A stretch of DNA of 63,848 nucleotides, the filler included, from Octopus bimaculoides (taxonomy: Eukaryota), in the NCBI RefSeq assembly GCF_001194135.2. It is 3 parts of 3 records of this genome, joined end to end, with 100 filler letters (N's around TTAATTAATTAA, not from the genome) between each part and the next. Parts side by side here need not be neighbours in the genome. Positions count along the whole stretch, not along the records: positions 31,850 to 62,659 come from NC_068984.1; 2 more parts are not named here. The stretch is one strand, 5' to 3'. Every line of letters begins with the position of its first letter. Position 1 is the first letter of the stretch. Of this stretch, positions 40,383 to 55,210 are shown one piece after another. The translations under genes were made by a program, and so were the position numbers. The notes below the pieces were generated by a model. It saw only the letters and a program-made list of their open reading frames with translations. It ran no database searches and had not been told where the DNA came from.

Positions 40383-43300
40383 GTTAAACAAAAAGAAGAC
40401 ATAAGAAGAAAGAAACAAAAAAAAACATTATCAAAAGTAAATCTGAAACNNNNNNNNNNNNNNNNNNNNNNNNNNNNNNNNNNNNNNNNNNNNNNNNNNN
40501 NNNNNNNNNNNNNNNNNNNNNNNNNNNNNNNNNNNNNNNNNNNNNNNNNNNNNNNNNNNNNNNNNNNNNNNNNNNNNNNNNNNNNNNNNNNNNNNNNNNN
40601 NNNNNNNNNNNNNNNNNNNNNNNNNNNNNNNNNNNNNNNNNNNNNNNNNNNNNNNNNNNNNNNNNNNNNNNNNNNNNNNNNNNNNNNNNNNNNNNNNNNN
40701 NNNNNNNNNNNNNNNNNNNNNNNNNNNNNNNNNNNNNNNNNNNNNNNNNNNNNNNNNNNNNNNNNNNNNNNNNNNNNNNNNNNNNNNNNNNNNNNNNNNN
40801 NNNNNNNNNNNNNNNNNNNNNNNNNNNNNNNNNNNNNNNNNNNNNNNNNNNNNNNNNNNNNNNNNNNNNNNNNNNNNNNNNNNNNNNNNNNNNNNNNNNN
40901 NNNNNNNNNNNNNNNNNNNNNNNNNNNNNNNNNNNNNNNNNNNNNNNNNNNNNNNNNNNNNNNNNNNNNNNNNNNNNNNNNNNNNNNNNNNNNNNNNNNN
41001 NNNNNNNNNNNNNNNNNNNNNNNNNNNNNNNNNNNNNNNNNNNNNNNNNNNNNNNNNNNNNNNNNNNNNNNNNNNNNNNNNNNNNNNNNNNNNNNNNNNN
41101 NNNNNNNNNNNNNNNNNNNNNNNNNNNNNNNNNNNNNNNNNNNNNNNNNNNNNNNNNNNNNNNNNNNNNNNNNNNNNNNNNNNNNNNNNNNNGTGGTGGT
41201 GGTGGTGGTGGTGGTGGTGGAGGCGGTGATCATGTCAGTGAAGAATTACAATATATTAGATCTGCAAACATAACTCTGTGGAATACTCTCAAAGTATCGA
41301 GCGCTTGTGTGTGTGATATGACAAATTCGACAAATACGTGTAGTGACTTGCAAATTACATTGGTTGAATATTTATTTTAAATATTTCTTAATTCAATAAG
41401 AAAAAAAAAAGAAAAAAAAACCCCAAAAAACAGTGGTTATGAGGTGAGGTTACCAGTACTCCAGAAAACTCGATGGAGTTAGTTCCAACCCTTTGAGAGA
41501 GCTCAGGGTTGTACAGGGTAGTGGTGTATGGTGGCTGTGGTCCTGGGTGTGATACCACACCCAGTGCCACCAAATTTCAAGCAGGGATATAACAAAAGTT
41601 TTCCATTAAGATTTGTGGTTAAATTAATGAGGAACGTTAATATTCATAATGAATTAACCATTTTTGATGGGTGTGCAGCGCTCACATAGCATGCCCAGAA
41701 TGTGTGCCCCTGCTACAGGGCCCCCATTTAATTTTCATTTTCTTCGTACTGTTGTTATTTAAAACCTAAGATCAACACCCAACCGAGCAGACCTATGACC
41801 AGATCAAAGGCATTCCAGCCATGACTAACAGGTTTTATATATACGTGCAGATGTAGCTGTGTGGTAACCAATAAATTGTGGGGACATAAAGAAATCAACA
41901 CCAGTCGTCAAGCAATGGGTGGGGCAATCACAAAGGCACACACACATACACAAAGATGGGCTCCCACATAGTTTTCATCTACCAAATTCTCTCACAAGGT
42001 ATTGGTCACCTTGGATAAGTGGGTCTTAAAAGATGATGATGATGACAATGATGATCATAGTGATGATAATACCATTTGACAATGATTTCTCTTGACTATA
42101 TATATATATATATNNNNNNNNNNNNNNNNNNNNNNNNNNNNNNNNNNNNNNNNNNNNNNNNNNNNNNNNNNNNNNNNNNNNNNNNNNNNNNNNNNNNNNN
42201 NNNNNNNNNNNNNNNNNNNNNNNNNNNNNNNNNNNNNNNNNNNNNNNNNNNNNNNNNNNNNNNNNNNNNNNNNNNNNNNNNNNNNNNNNNNNNNNNNNNN
42301 NNNNNNNNNNNNNNNNNNNNNNNNNNNNNNNNNNNNNNNNNNNNNNNNNNNNNNNNNNNNNNNNNNNNNNNNNNNNNNNNNNNNNNNNNNNNNNNNNNNN
42401 NNNNNNNNNNNNNNNNNNNNNNNNNNNNNNNNNNNNNNNNNNNNNNNNNNNNNNNNNNNNNNNNNNNNNNNNNNNNNNNNNNNNNNNNNNNNNNNNNNNN
42501 NNNNNNNNNNNNNNNNNNNNNNNNNNNNNNNNNNNNNNNNNNNNNNNNNNNNNNNNNNNNNNNNNNNNNNNNNNNNNNNNNNNNNNNNNNNNNNNNNNNN
42601 NNNNNNNNNNNNNNNNNNNNNNNNNNNNNNNNNNNNNNNNNNNNNNNNNNNNNNNNNNNNNNNNNNNNNNNNNNNNNNNNNNNNNNNNNNNNNNNNNNNN
42701 NNNNNNNNNNNNNNNNNNNNNNNNNNNNNNNNNNNNTAAACGATGATGATGATGATGATGATGATATATATACATATATATATATCGATTTAAATGAGAG
42801 CTCAAAACTGATCCATTGAAAATACTTTATTATAATAATGATAATGATCTATGATCATTTCGATGCAATATCCAGATTGATTCATGCATATTATAAAATA
42901 TGGGACACTGCATCTCCTCGAGGCTTTATAAATAGCAGGCAGACAATAAAAATAGATAACATTCATATAGAACATTCATAGTTGACCTATGAAAACATGC
43001 AAAAAAAACAAGTTGAAAAGACATGAGATGTTATACAACCGTACATCATAACAGTGTTGAAACCGTGAACATATCAAGCAAATGATTCAAATCTGCATAT
43101 TCAAACTTGTTTCCAACTCCCAGGTGAAACTGTTTTATTTCACCTGCATCTTTACAACCAATGGAAAAGGTATGAATGTCACAACACACCATCCACTCAA
43201 ACTTAAAATCCAAAGTGTTGATATTACAAATCAATAAAATTAATTTGTCAATTGAGGAATTTTTTTTCTCCCCTGTTTAAGTGAATTAACAAAATATGCC

Positions 43301-44258
43301 CTGCTTCAGTCTAAATTTATAAACTTGGGTCAGTATTCCAGTATTTTAGCCAGAACACTACACTGTTACCCTACCACCCCACCTCTCTCTTTCTCTCGCT
43401 CTCTCTTTCTCTTCCTCTCTTTCAAGGATATTTATCAAAGTGAGTGATGGAGTAGAATTCCTAGGCAACAGAAATAGAAGGGAGAAGAAGAGGAAGAAAA
43501 AAAGCTCATTGATTTATCAATATTTTTTTCCCCCCTAAAAATGTTGGAATATAAAAACAAATTCAACAACCACACAGGAACATTGTCAGACAACTGTGAT
43601 GGTTCACTAGAAGTATTTTGATATGTTCAGTTATTTATATACCATAATCAGTGTGGCAAATAATACATACATACCTACACACGCACACACATTTATGTAT
43701 GTATGTACGTATACATGGATGAATGTATTTATATATGAAAAGAACCAGTGAGTATGTATGTGTATACGCACACACACACAGAGTCTTGCATCTAGTTCTA
43801 ATGGCCGTAACTCTTTTGTTGTAGTTGAGAAAGCCTTATGATACACACAGAGCCAATCAAACGATGTGTTCAATCAGCAGTAGTTCTGATCATACCCATC
43901 CTATCATTAATGTGGAGAAAGCTGTTAGTCATTCGAAACCAAACCACTAAGTAACTAACTGGTCATGCATCACAGCCAAACCACAGTAGTTTCACATGAT
44001 CAGTCAATTAAGTAACCAATCAGTGTAAGCTATTATGTGATTCAATCTACTAGAATCTTCTCTGTGTCCCCTATACAAAGGCCATTTTTGGCAGTAATTT
44101 CAGAATGTTGAGGCAGTTGCGTGATGTGTCTCCATTCTCAACATGAATATAACACAATTGTTTCCAGTTATGTTGGGTCCTCTGCATGTTGTATCAGAAA
44201 GCTTTCCATAAACTCCAAACAGTATATCTCTCCCAGTGTGTAATTATTATTACCTCCG

Positions 44259-44450
44259 CCTTAGCGAAGGCAGGGGTATTGTTTTCAGTTGCATTTGTTT
44301 GTTTGTCCATGGACAAGATATCTCAAGAACTGCTGGATGGATTTTGATGAAACTTTCAGGGATGTTCGGCCTTGTGACTGGCACGATCTCATTAGATTTG
44401 GGGATCAATCCGGTACTGGACAAGGATTCTAGATTATTTTCCTGATTTTC
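44259..44450 (+). mobile_element. Helentron-associated (HINE/DINE-like) non-autonomous element
   Basis: Starts ATTACCTCCGCC..., then a TTTG microsatellite and GATTTTGATGAAACTT...ATTAGATTTGGG: architecture I recall for HINE-type elements. Confidence 0.45.
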
Positions 44451-45414
44451 TTTTACTTTACATAGTTCTTTTACAAACATACAAATACTCACACATTTTC
44501 AGCGTTGAACATTACCATCCATTGTACACACACATGCAAACATACCTCTCTTTTACACACATATATACTCATACTACTTCAAACACCGTTTATTGGCTTT
44601 TTCTCTCCTTCCTTCGTTATTCATCTATCACCCACTTCCTTCCTTCGTTATTCATCTATCACCCCCTTCCTATCTCATTCATATGACGCTATCTTCGCCA
44701 CTTTGTTTCCAAGCACCAAGCTCCACTGTCTGATTTGGCAGGTTCTTATGGCTGAAAGCCCTTCCTAATGTCAACCACTTTACAGAGTGGACTGGGTGCT
44801 TTTTATGTGGCACCAGAACCAGCAAGGTCGTTGCACCATGTATCTGTGTGCGTGTGTATAAGTGTGTGGGTATGTTTGTGTCTCCTTGTCTTGACACCGT
44901 ATAATAAATGTAAATGTGAGTCACTGTCACAGAATTAGTGTCACTCATTTCCAGTGTTCAACAAGAGCATGTCTGGCCATTGGGAAATACTACCTTGCTT
45001 GAAAACAGGTGAGGCTTGGTGACAGGAAGAGCATCTGACTATAGAAAATCTGCCTCAATAAATTCTGTCTGAACCATGCAAACATGGAAAAGAGGACATT
45101 ACAAAAAAAAACAAAAAAAACAATGACAATAATTTCATCTGTTATTTAAAAAGAAGAATTATCCAGTAATAAGATTCCAATCCCTTTATCAGTATGATTA
45201 CACCAACTAAAAAGCAAATGATATGCTATACACAAATGCAATAATTAATAATTATGATAATTAATTACTGCATAATTATTAATTACAATAATTGATAACT
45301 GCATAATTAATAATTGTCAGGGAGGAAATTCCCTTGAGAGGCATGTCTTGATATTGTGTAATCTGCAAAGGTACATGGCAATTATTCATTCATAAAAGAG
45401 CAGAATATGAAGGA

Positions 45415-45720
45415 TTATGGCTTACTGGTAAAGCTATGTGGTTCATGATCATAAAGACTTGGGTTCAATTCCCAGTGGTGCAGTGGTCCTTGAGCAAGAT
45501 GCTTTATTCCTCATTGCTCCAGTCTACTCAGTTGGCAAAAGCGAATAGTACCTGTAATTCAAAGGGCTAGCCTTGTCTCATTTTGTGTCATGCTGAATCT
45601 TCTTGAGAACAACATTAGGGCATGTGTGCCAGTGGAGTGCTCAGCCACCTGGATGTTCAGTTTATGAAGCAGTCTGTTCCATTGATCAGGTCAACTGGAA
45701 CACTTGTCACTGTAAATGAT
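45415..45720 (+). mobile_element. SINE family D, CpG-depleted copy
   Basis: gggttcaattcc...gtccttgagcaag...gtggagtgctcagccac...tcaactggaac matches the reverse complement of 17535-17915. Confidence 0.75.
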
Positions 45721-46947
45721 GGTTTGCCAATTATAACAAGCATAGTACTGAACACCCACAAAGGATTTCACCATTTTTACCAAGTCTCCATGGCAGAATA
45801 TCAAACCACTAAGTTACAGAACATGAAGTGACACAAAATACATACCCATACACAATGGGCTTCCATGAAGTTTCTGCTTATAAAATTGCTCTCACAAATC
45901 ACATGGTTGGTTAACACTAGAGAACTACACCTATCTATCCAGCTATTCACCTGACTGCCAAAAAGCCCATCCATCCCTCTGTCTGCCTATCTGTTTGGCT
46001 GCTGTCTATCTATGATCATAAACCTTCTCTGTCTAGCTATCCACCTGCCTCTGTATCTAACATTTATCTCAGCTACTTCTCACATACGTATTACAGATAA
46101 GCAATAAAACTGAGACCAACCACAAGGCATCCATTGTCTGTTCCTTGGCTGTTATTCATTTTATAACATTATCCTCGCACATTACTGGAAGCCACATTTA
46201 AATATGCCAACATAATACCCACATTAGATATATACATATATATATATATAGTATTTGTGGAGCTGTGCAATATGTGTTTGTGTGTGTGTGCATGTGTGTA
46301 TGCATGTATGTGTGTGTGCATTTATGCATATATACATACTTATGCACATATATATATATATACATATACACATGTACATACATATACATATATATATATA
46401 GATACTTATACACAGATATATATATATATATATACATATAGATAGATAGATAAATAGATATATAATATACATATATATATAAACATATATATATGAATAT
46501 ATACATATAGACAGATAGATAAATAGATAAATAGATATATAAATATACATATATATACATACATATATATATATATGAATACATACATACACATATATTC
46601 ATNNNNNNNNNNNNNNNNNNNNNNNNNNNNNNNNNNNNNNNNNNNNNNNNNNNNNNNNNNNNNNNNNNNNNNNNNNNNNNNNNNNNNNNNNNNNNNNNNN
46701 NNNNNNNNNNNNNNNNNNNNNNNNNNNNNNNNNNNNNNNNNNNNNNNNNNNNNNNNNNNNNNNNNNNNNNNNNNNNNNNNNNNNNNNNNNNNNNNNNNNN
46801 NNNNNNNNNNNNNNNNNNNNNNNNNNNNNNNNNNNNNNNNNNNNNNNNNNNNNNNNNNNNNNNNNNNNNNNNNNNNNNNNNNNNNNNNNNNNNNNNNNNN
46901 NNNNNNNNNNNNTTAATTTAAACACACACTACTTTCTTGATTACATC

Positions 46948-46963
46948 TAATAATAACAACAAC

Positions 46964-47002
<39 letters not shown>

Positions 47003-47170
47003 TATAATAATAATAATTATAACAATAATAATAATTATTATTATTATTATTATAACAATAATAATAATAATAATAATAATAATTATAACAATAATAATAC
47101 TAATAATAATGATAATAATAATAATAATAATAATAATCATAATAATAATAATGACCACCTATTATTATTA

Positions 47171-47214
<44 letters not shown>

Positions 47215-47220
47215 GTTATT
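46948..47220. repeat. (AAT)n followed by (ATT)n, quasi-palindromic microsatellite pair
   Basis: Directly visible. Confidence 0.9.
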
Positions 47221-47438
47221 ATCTTCATTTTGTTGTTAGTGGTTGGTTCACTTGTTAAGCCAAGATAGAAAAAAAATAAATAAATCAAAGAAAAATACAT
47301 AAATTTTAAACTGTCCACATTTATTCTTTTTTTTAAATTGGCTCTTTTTAACCCTACTGTTTCTGACCCCACTTTTATTTCTCCATTTTATACTGAAAAC
47401 AGAGAAAAACTAACAATGGTTCTAAATTTCCTTTATTA

Positions 47439-47497
<59 letters not shown>

Positions 47498-47803
47498 TAT
47501 TCTGGTAGATCTCAAATGAAAAGAGGAAAAATTGCAAAAACAAAAAAGAAAAAAAAAATGGAAAAAATGGCAGAGGTGACAGTAATAAGGTAACAACAAC
47601 AACAATAAGAAGAAGAAGTGATGGAAAATAGCCAACATCTATATACACAACTATTTTCATAATAATAATGATGGTGATGATGATGATGGTCATGATCAGG
47701 ATGATAAGGTTGATGAGGTTGATGATGATGTTGATGATGGTGATGATAAGAATAATCATGATGGTGATGGCTTCTTTTATTCATTTAAAAAAAAAAAAAA
47801 AAA

Positions 47804-47846
<43 letters not shown>

Positions 47847-47914
47847 TAACTCACTGAAATAGACTTGTCATGAATAGAAATAAATGTGTTTATTTACCAC
47901 TCATGTCACCCAGA

Positions 47915-47957
<43 letters not shown>

Positions 47958-48299
47958 TACACATATAAGTCCAGGCATGGCTGTGTAGATAAGATGCTTG
48001 CTTCCTACCCACATGATTTTGGGTTCAGTCCCAGGGTGTGGCACCTTGGACAAGTGAGTTTTCCACTATAGCCCTAAGCCAACCAGAGCCTTGTGAGTGT
48101 ATCTGGTAGAAATCATCACTGCCATCATCATCATCATCATCCTCATCATCATCATTTAACGACCATTGTCCATGCTGGGTTGGGTGGTTTGACAGAGGCT
48201 GGCATGCTGAAAGACTGTACCAAACTCCAGTCTAGTTTGGCATGGTTTTCTATGGCTGGATGCCCTTCCTAATGCCAACCACTCCGAGTGTGTAATGGC

Positions 48300-48713
48300 T
48301 TGCTTTTACGTGGTAAGCAAGCTACTTACCACACAGTCACATATTTTACTCTTTTACTTGTTTCAGTCATTTGGCTGTGGCCATGCTGGAGCACCACCTT
48401 TAGTCAAGCAAATCGACCCCAGGACTTATTCTTTGTAAGCCTAGTACTTATTCTATCGGTCTCTTTTGCCGAACCGCTAAATTACGGGGACGTAAACACA
48501 CCAGCATCGGTTGTCAAGCGATGTTGGGGGGACAAACACAGACACACAAACACAGACACACACATACATATATATATATGTACACATATATACGACGGGC
48601 TTCTTTCAGTTTCTGTCTACCAAATCCACTCACAAGGCTTTGGTCGGCCCGAGGCTATGGTAGAAGACACTTGCCCAAGGTGCCACACAGTGGGACTGAA
48701 CTCGGAACCATGT
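48300..48713 (-). mobile_element. SINE family A
   Basis: Family match, runs into a gap. Confidence 0.88.
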
Positions 48714-49494
48714 NNNNNNNNNNNNNNNNNNNNNNNNNNNNNNNNNNNNNNNNNNNNNNNNNNNNNNNNNNNNNNNNNNNNNNNNNNNNNNNNNNNNNNN
48801 NNNNNNNNNNNNNNNNNNNNNNNNNNNNNNNNNNNNNNNNNNNNNNNNNNNNNNNNNNNNNNNNNNNNNNNNNNNNNNNNNNNNNNNNNNNNNNNNNNNN
48901 NNNNNNNNNNNNNNNNNNNNNNNNNNNNNNNNNNNNNNNNNNNNNNNNNNNNNNNNNNNNNNNNNNNNNNNNNNNNNNNNNNNNNNNNNNNNNNNNNNNN
49001 NNNNNNNNNNNNNNNNNNNNNNNNNNNNNNNNNNNNNNNNNNNNNNNNNNNNNNNNNNNNNNNNNNNNNNNNNNNNNNNNNNNNNNNNNNNNNNNNNNNN
49101 NNNNNNNNNNNNNNNNNNNNNNNNNNNNNNNNNNNNNNNNNNNNNNNNNNNNNNNNNNNNNNNNNNNNNNNNNNNNNNNNNNNNNNNNNNNNNNNNNNNN
49201 NNNNNNNNNNNNNNNNNNNNNNNNNNNNNNNNNNNNNNNNNNNNNNNNNNNNNNNNNNNNNNNNNNNNNNNNNNNNNNNNNNNNNNNNNNNNNNNNNNNN
49301 NNNNNNNNNNNNNNNNNNNNNNNNNNNNNNNNNNNNNNNNNNNNNNNNNNCAGTCTCCAGAGTTAAGATTTTGCTTAGAATCACAACACAATTACAGTAA
49401 TAAGATATGGAATACTGATTGAACAGTCATTAGAGGTCCAGCCCCTTGTCTCTAACCCTTTAGCATTCAGATGACTCTGTTAAATGTGATGCTT

Positions 49495-49830
49495 ATTTAC
49501 TCTTTTACTTGTTTCAGACAAGCAAATCGACCCCAGGACTTATTCTGTGTAAGCCAAGTAATTATTCTATCGGTCTCTTTTGCCAAACCAGCATCGATTG
49601 TCAAGCGATGTTGATGAACAAACACACAAACACACACACACAAACACACACACACACACAAACAAACAGACACACACACAACCAGCTTCTTTTAGTTTCC
49701 ATCTACCAAATCCACCCTCAAGGCTTCGGTTAGCCTGAGGCTGTAGTAGAAGACACTTGGCCAAGGTGCTACGCAATGGGACTGAACCCGGAACCACGTG
49801 ACTAGGAAGCAAGCTTCTTACCATACAGCC
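49495..49830 (-). mobile_element. SINE family A, internally deleted
   Basis: Family match. Confidence 0.8.
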
Positions 49831-51604
49831 AGAATGACATTGTAGGGTAGGTGTGAGAGGCCAGATGTGGCTGGTTTGAGGGTGTCTCAATACCTTGATT
49901 CAGTGCTAATCTGCTGCAGAAACCTCTTATTGCCACCAGTCCAGCAGAAACATCACAGATGCCACCCTTCCACCTTTAACTAAGCAAGAATACAATCTAT
50001 ATCACCAGTAAATATTATATAAAGACCATGGGCCCAGCTCGCTTTCTTTTTTTTTTTTTTTTNNNNNNNNNNNNNNNNNNNNNNNNNNNNNNNNNNNNNN
50101 NNNNNNNNNNNNNNNNNNNNNNNNNNNNNNNNNNNNNNNNNNNNNNNNNNNNNNNNNNNNNNNNNNNNNNNNNNNNNNNNNNNNNNNNNNNNNNNNNNNN
50201 NNNNNNNNNNNNNNNNNNNNNNNNNNNNNNNNNNNNNNNNNNNNNNNNNNNNNNNNNNNNNNNNNNNNNNNNNNNNNNNNNNNNNNNNNNNNNNNNNNNN
50301 NNNNNNNNNNNNNNNNNNNNNNNNNNNNNNNNNNNNNNNNNNNNNNNNNNNNNNNNNNNNNNNNNNNNNNNNNNNNNNNNNNNNNNNNNNNNNNNNNNNN
50401 NNNNNNNNNNNNNNNNNNNNNNNNNNNNNNNNNNNNNNNNNNNNNNNNNNNNNNNNNNNNNNNNNNNNNNNNNNNNNNNNNNNNNNNNNNNNNNNNNNNN
50501 NNNNNNNNNNNNNNNNNNNNNNNNNNNNNNNNNNNNNNNNNNNNNNNNNNNNNNNNNNNNNNNNNNNNNNNNNNNNNNNNNNNNNNNNNNNNNNNNNNNN
50601 NNNNNNNNNNNNNNNNNNNNNNNNNNNNNNNNNNNNNNNNNNNNNNNNNNNNNNNNNNNNNNNNNNNNNNNNNNNNNNNNNNNNNNNNNNNNNNNNNNNN
50701 NNNNNNNNNNNNNNNNNNNNNNNNNNNNNNNNNNNNNNNNNNNNNNNNNNNNNNNNNNNNNNNNNNNNNNNNNNNNNNNNNNNNNNNNNNNNNNNNNNNN
50801 NNNNNNNNNNNNNNNNNNNNNNNNNNNNNNNNNNNNNNNNNNNNNNNNNNNNNNNNNNNNNNNNNNNNNNNNAACAATACTGCTAGCTTATCACCTTTGT
50901 AGTAGACATACAAAAACAAAAACAAAAAATATTAAAAACTTTGTTGGGATTTCAACTCAGAACATAGAGAGCCAGAAAAAATACCACTAAGCATTTTATC
51001 CGATGTGTTAATGATTCTGCCAGCTCACTGCCTTAGTATTAGATAAAAAAAAAACAAAAAACAAAATGAAAAACTTTGGTGGGATTTGAACTCAGAACAT
51101 AGAGAGCCAGAAAAAATACCACTAAGCATTTTATCCGATGTGNNNNNNNNNNATGAAAAACTTTGGTGGGATTTGAACTCAGAACATAGAGAGCCAGAAA
51201 AAATACCACTAAGCATTTTATCCGATGTGTTAACGATTCTGCCAGCTTACTGCCTTAGTATTAGATATAAAAAACAAAAAAAAAATCAAGAAAAGAAGAA
51301 GCCAGCCAGTAAATTCTCATAGCTGCAGTCCTGTTGATCACAGATCTTCTCAATCAGGCCTGACCTGGGGTTGAATAACAACAACAAGTGAATACAGTTC
51401 TGAAAACACACAGAAGAGCCTGTTGGTGGTTTCCAAGGAGTGGCAGGGGTGAGGTGGTGGGCTGGGTGGAATAACAGTAGTTGGTTCCTGTACTTTGTAT
51501 TGACAGAATGTCTATTAGCAAAGTGCTACAAAACCTTCAACCAATTGATTATACAAACATGCACAAGAACTGCTATTCCCTGAACAAATATTGTCATAAA
51601 GCCA

Positions 51605-51641
<37 letters not shown>

Positions 51642-51769
51642 ATGTGCGTGTGTGTGTGCGTGTGTGTGTGTGGTGGAGGAGAGGATGTGGGATGGATAAC
51701 AGCAGGCATTGAAATATCCATTATGATTGAGTCACACACACATTTATATATATATATATATATATATAG

Positions 51770-51990
51770 GTGCAGAAGTGGCTGTGTGGTAAGTAGCTTG
51801 CTTACCAACCACATGTTCTGGGTTCAGTTCCACTGCGTGGCACCTTGGCCAAGTGTTTTCTACTATGGCCTCGGGCTGACCAAAGCCTTGTGAGTGGATT
51901 TGGTAGACGGAAGCTGAAAGAAGCCTGTCATATATATGTATATGTGTGTATATGTGTGTCTGTGTCTGACCCCCAACATCGCTTGACAAA
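51770..51990 (+). mobile_element. SINE family A, 3' truncated
   Basis: Family match. Confidence 0.8.
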
Positions 51991-52639
51991 TGATAATAAT
52001 GATAATGATTATTATTATTATCAAATGATAATAATGATACTGGTATATGATGAAGAGTGGGTGGTGGGGTAGGCTCTAGCATGGCTGGGTGGTTGAGAAA
52101 TTCTCTTCTAAACCACGTGGTTTCAGAGTCTGTCCCAATGTGCCACCTATGCCACCTTGGGCAAATGTCTTCTATTATAGTCACAGGCTGACCAAAGCCT
52201 TCTGAGTGTAATTTGGTAGACAGAAACAGATAAAATCTCATTGTATATACGTGTATATAAGTATGTGTGTGTGTACATGTCTTTGCTTTTTTACCCACTG
52301 TGAGATAGTCGTAAACAAGTGCCACTGTCATATATGCAGTGTCTTTTATTTTCAATCTTCTATGGAAACATGTCCAGTCATGGAGTAATATTAGCTCACT
52401 TAAAAACAGGTGAGATGTAACAACAGGAAGATTATCTGACCACAAAAACAATCTGTCTCCACAAATTTTGTCTGACCCTTACAAGGATGTAAAAGTAGGA
52501 CTTTGACAAACAAACAACCAACCGATTGTTTAACCGGCACATTAAACAAAGGATCGATTAGTTAAATGGGTACTTATTTAATCAACTGACTAACAATAAA
52601 GAATTGATGTTGAACCAGTGCGTATATTTACTACTCTTT

Positions 52640-52976
52640 TCTACTCTAGGCACAAGGCCTGAAATTTTGGGGGAGGGGGCCAATCAATTAGATCGACTCC
52701 GGTACACAACTGGTACTTAATTTATCAACTCCGAAAGGATGAAAGGCAAAGTTGACCTCGGCAGAATTTGAACTCAGAACGTAGTGGCACACGAAATACC
52801 TATTTCTTTACTGCCCACAAGAGGCTACACACAGAGGGGACAAACAAGGACAGACAAACAGATTAAGGCGACTATATCGACCCCAGTGCGTAACTGGTAC
52901 TTATTTAATCGACCCCGAAAGGATGAAAGGCAAAGTTGACCTCGGCGGAATTTGAACTCAGAACGTAGCGACAGAC
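52640..52976 (-). mobile_element. Two nested or tandem family B SINE copies
   Basis: ggatgaaaggcaaagttgacctcggc.gaatttgaactcagaacgtag occurs twice (about 52738 and 52921). Confidence 0.8.
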
Positions 52977-53463
52977 NNNNNNNNNNNNNNNNNNNNNNNN
53001 NNNNNNNNNNNNNNNNNNNNNNNNNNNNNNNNNNNNNNNNNNNNNNNNNNNNNNNNNNNNNNNNNNNNNNNNNNNNNNNNNNNNNNNNNNNNNNNNNNNN
53101 NNNNNNNNNNNNNNNNNNNNNNNNNNNNNNNNNNNNNNNNNNNNNNNNNNNNNNNNNNNNNNNNNNNNNNNNNNNNNNNNNNNNNNNNNNNNNNNNNNNN
53201 NNNNNNNNNNNNNNNNNNNNNNNNNNNNNNNNNNNNNNNNNNNNNNNNNNNNNNNNNNNNNNNNNNNNNNNNNNNNNNNNNNNNNNNNNNNNNNNNNNNN
53301 NNNNNNNNNNNNNNNNNNNNNNNNNNNNNNNNNNNNNNNNNNNNNNNNNNNNNNNNNNNNNNNNNNNNNNNNNNNNNNNNNNNNNNNNNNNNNNNNNNNN
53401 NNNNNNNNNNNNNNNNNNNNNNNNNNNNNNNNNNNNNNNNNNNNNNNNNNNNNNNNNNNNNNA

Positions 53464-53775
53464 TCGTTTAACGTCCGCTTTCCATGCTAGCATGGGTTGG
53501 ACGATTTGACTGAGGACTGGTGAAACCGGATGGCAACACCAGGCTCCAATCTGATTTGGCAGAGTTTCTACAGCTAGATGCCCTTCCTAACACCAACCAC
53601 TCAGAGAGTGTAGTGGGTGCTTTTACGTGTCACCCGCACAAAGGCCAGTCAGGCGGTACTGGCAACGGCCATGCTCAAAATGGTGTATTCTATGTGCCAC
53701 CCGCACAAGAGCCAGTCCAGGGGCACTGGCAACGATCTCGCTCGAAAATCCTACGAAGGCCAGTCAGGCGGTACT
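53464..53775 (-). mobile_element. SINE family C with internal short direct repeats
   Basis: Family tail, plus aaggccagtcaggcggtactg repeated at about 53641 and 53756. Confidence 0.8.
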
Positions 53776-54731
53776 GTGTTAAATAGATTTCACAGTGACT
53801 GAGGAGGTTCTATCTTTCTCGACTACACCATGGGAAAGACAGGCTCTTCTAGGAGAAAAATTCTCTGACATAAAACTTGCAGTCAAAGTCAAAATGGGGT
53901 CGGTCATCTTGCAATGCTTGCCACTGGAGCATATGGCAAATGAGACAGCAGCAAAAGTGTTGTACAAGCCTTTGTCACTTAAATCGGACAGCATACAGAT
54001 GTCTCATTATTCATTTGGAAGCTGACAAGATGAAGCAATCATTATGTGTGTATCATTGTAATTACACACAGAGACGATGCCGACACACACACACTTGGTT
54101 GTGTACGCATTGAGATAAATACAATAGCACGCAAGCATACAAACCCAGATACACATACACAGACAGATACACTAACATAGTTATATAAATGCACACAGAC
54201 ACACCACACACACACACATACACATACACATACACACACATCTTTGTGCAAATCTTGTTATATAAACACACAAAACAGATATACATACCCTCGTGTGCTT
54301 ACACAGTTATACAAAGCAAGCGTACAACCACATATATGCAAACACACACACAACACACATACACGCACAGCTGTCCCAAGGGATAGCAGAGGGCTATCAT
54401 GGTCCATGGTCCATGCTTTATCCTGGTGTGAAACCTGATTGGGATATCTCTTGTCTGTGAGAGAGAGAGAGTACAAGGAGGGAGATAAAGGTCAAAAGAG
54501 AGAGGGAGAGGGAGAGGGAGAGGGAAGACAAGAGTGAGAGGGAGAGGAAGGACGAGGGAGAGAGAGAGAGAGAGTTCAAACAAAAGTGAGAGGGAGAGTA
54601 GTGAGAGGGTGGGAGAAAGAAAGAGATGAAGGAATTCAGTTAATTTGAGTGATATGAAGTACCTACCTACCTACCTACCTACCAGCACCATCTGTTGAGC
54701 TAGTTTATCGTCCAGTTTTTAAGACCTACAG

Positions 54732-54790
54732 ACTACTACTACTACTACCACTACCACCACCACCACCACCACCACTACTACTGCTGTTAC

Positions 54791-54825
<35 letters not shown>

Positions 54826-54826
54826 T

Positions 54827-54857
<31 letters not shown>

Positions 54858-54940
54858 GCTGTTACTACCAGTACTACTACCACTTCTACTACTATTACTA
54901 CTACTACCACCACCACCACCACTACTGCTGTTACTACTAC

Positions 54941-55000
<60 letters not shown>

Positions 55001-55009
55001 CACCACCAT

Positions 55010-55049
<40 letters not shown>

Positions 55050-55114
55050 GCTGTTACTACCACTACTACTACCACTTCTACTACTATTACTACTACTACC
55101 ACCACTACTGCTGT

Positions 55115-55148
<34 letters not shown>

Positions 55149-55210
55149 GCTACTTCTACTACTACGGCTGTTGCTGCTGCTACTACTACTACTACTACTG
55201 TTGCTGCTGG
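54732..55210. repeat. Compound (ACT/ACC)n trinucleotide array with higher-order repeat
   Basis: Directly visible. The block gctgttactacca.tactactaccacttctactactattactac occurs twice. Confidence 0.9.
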
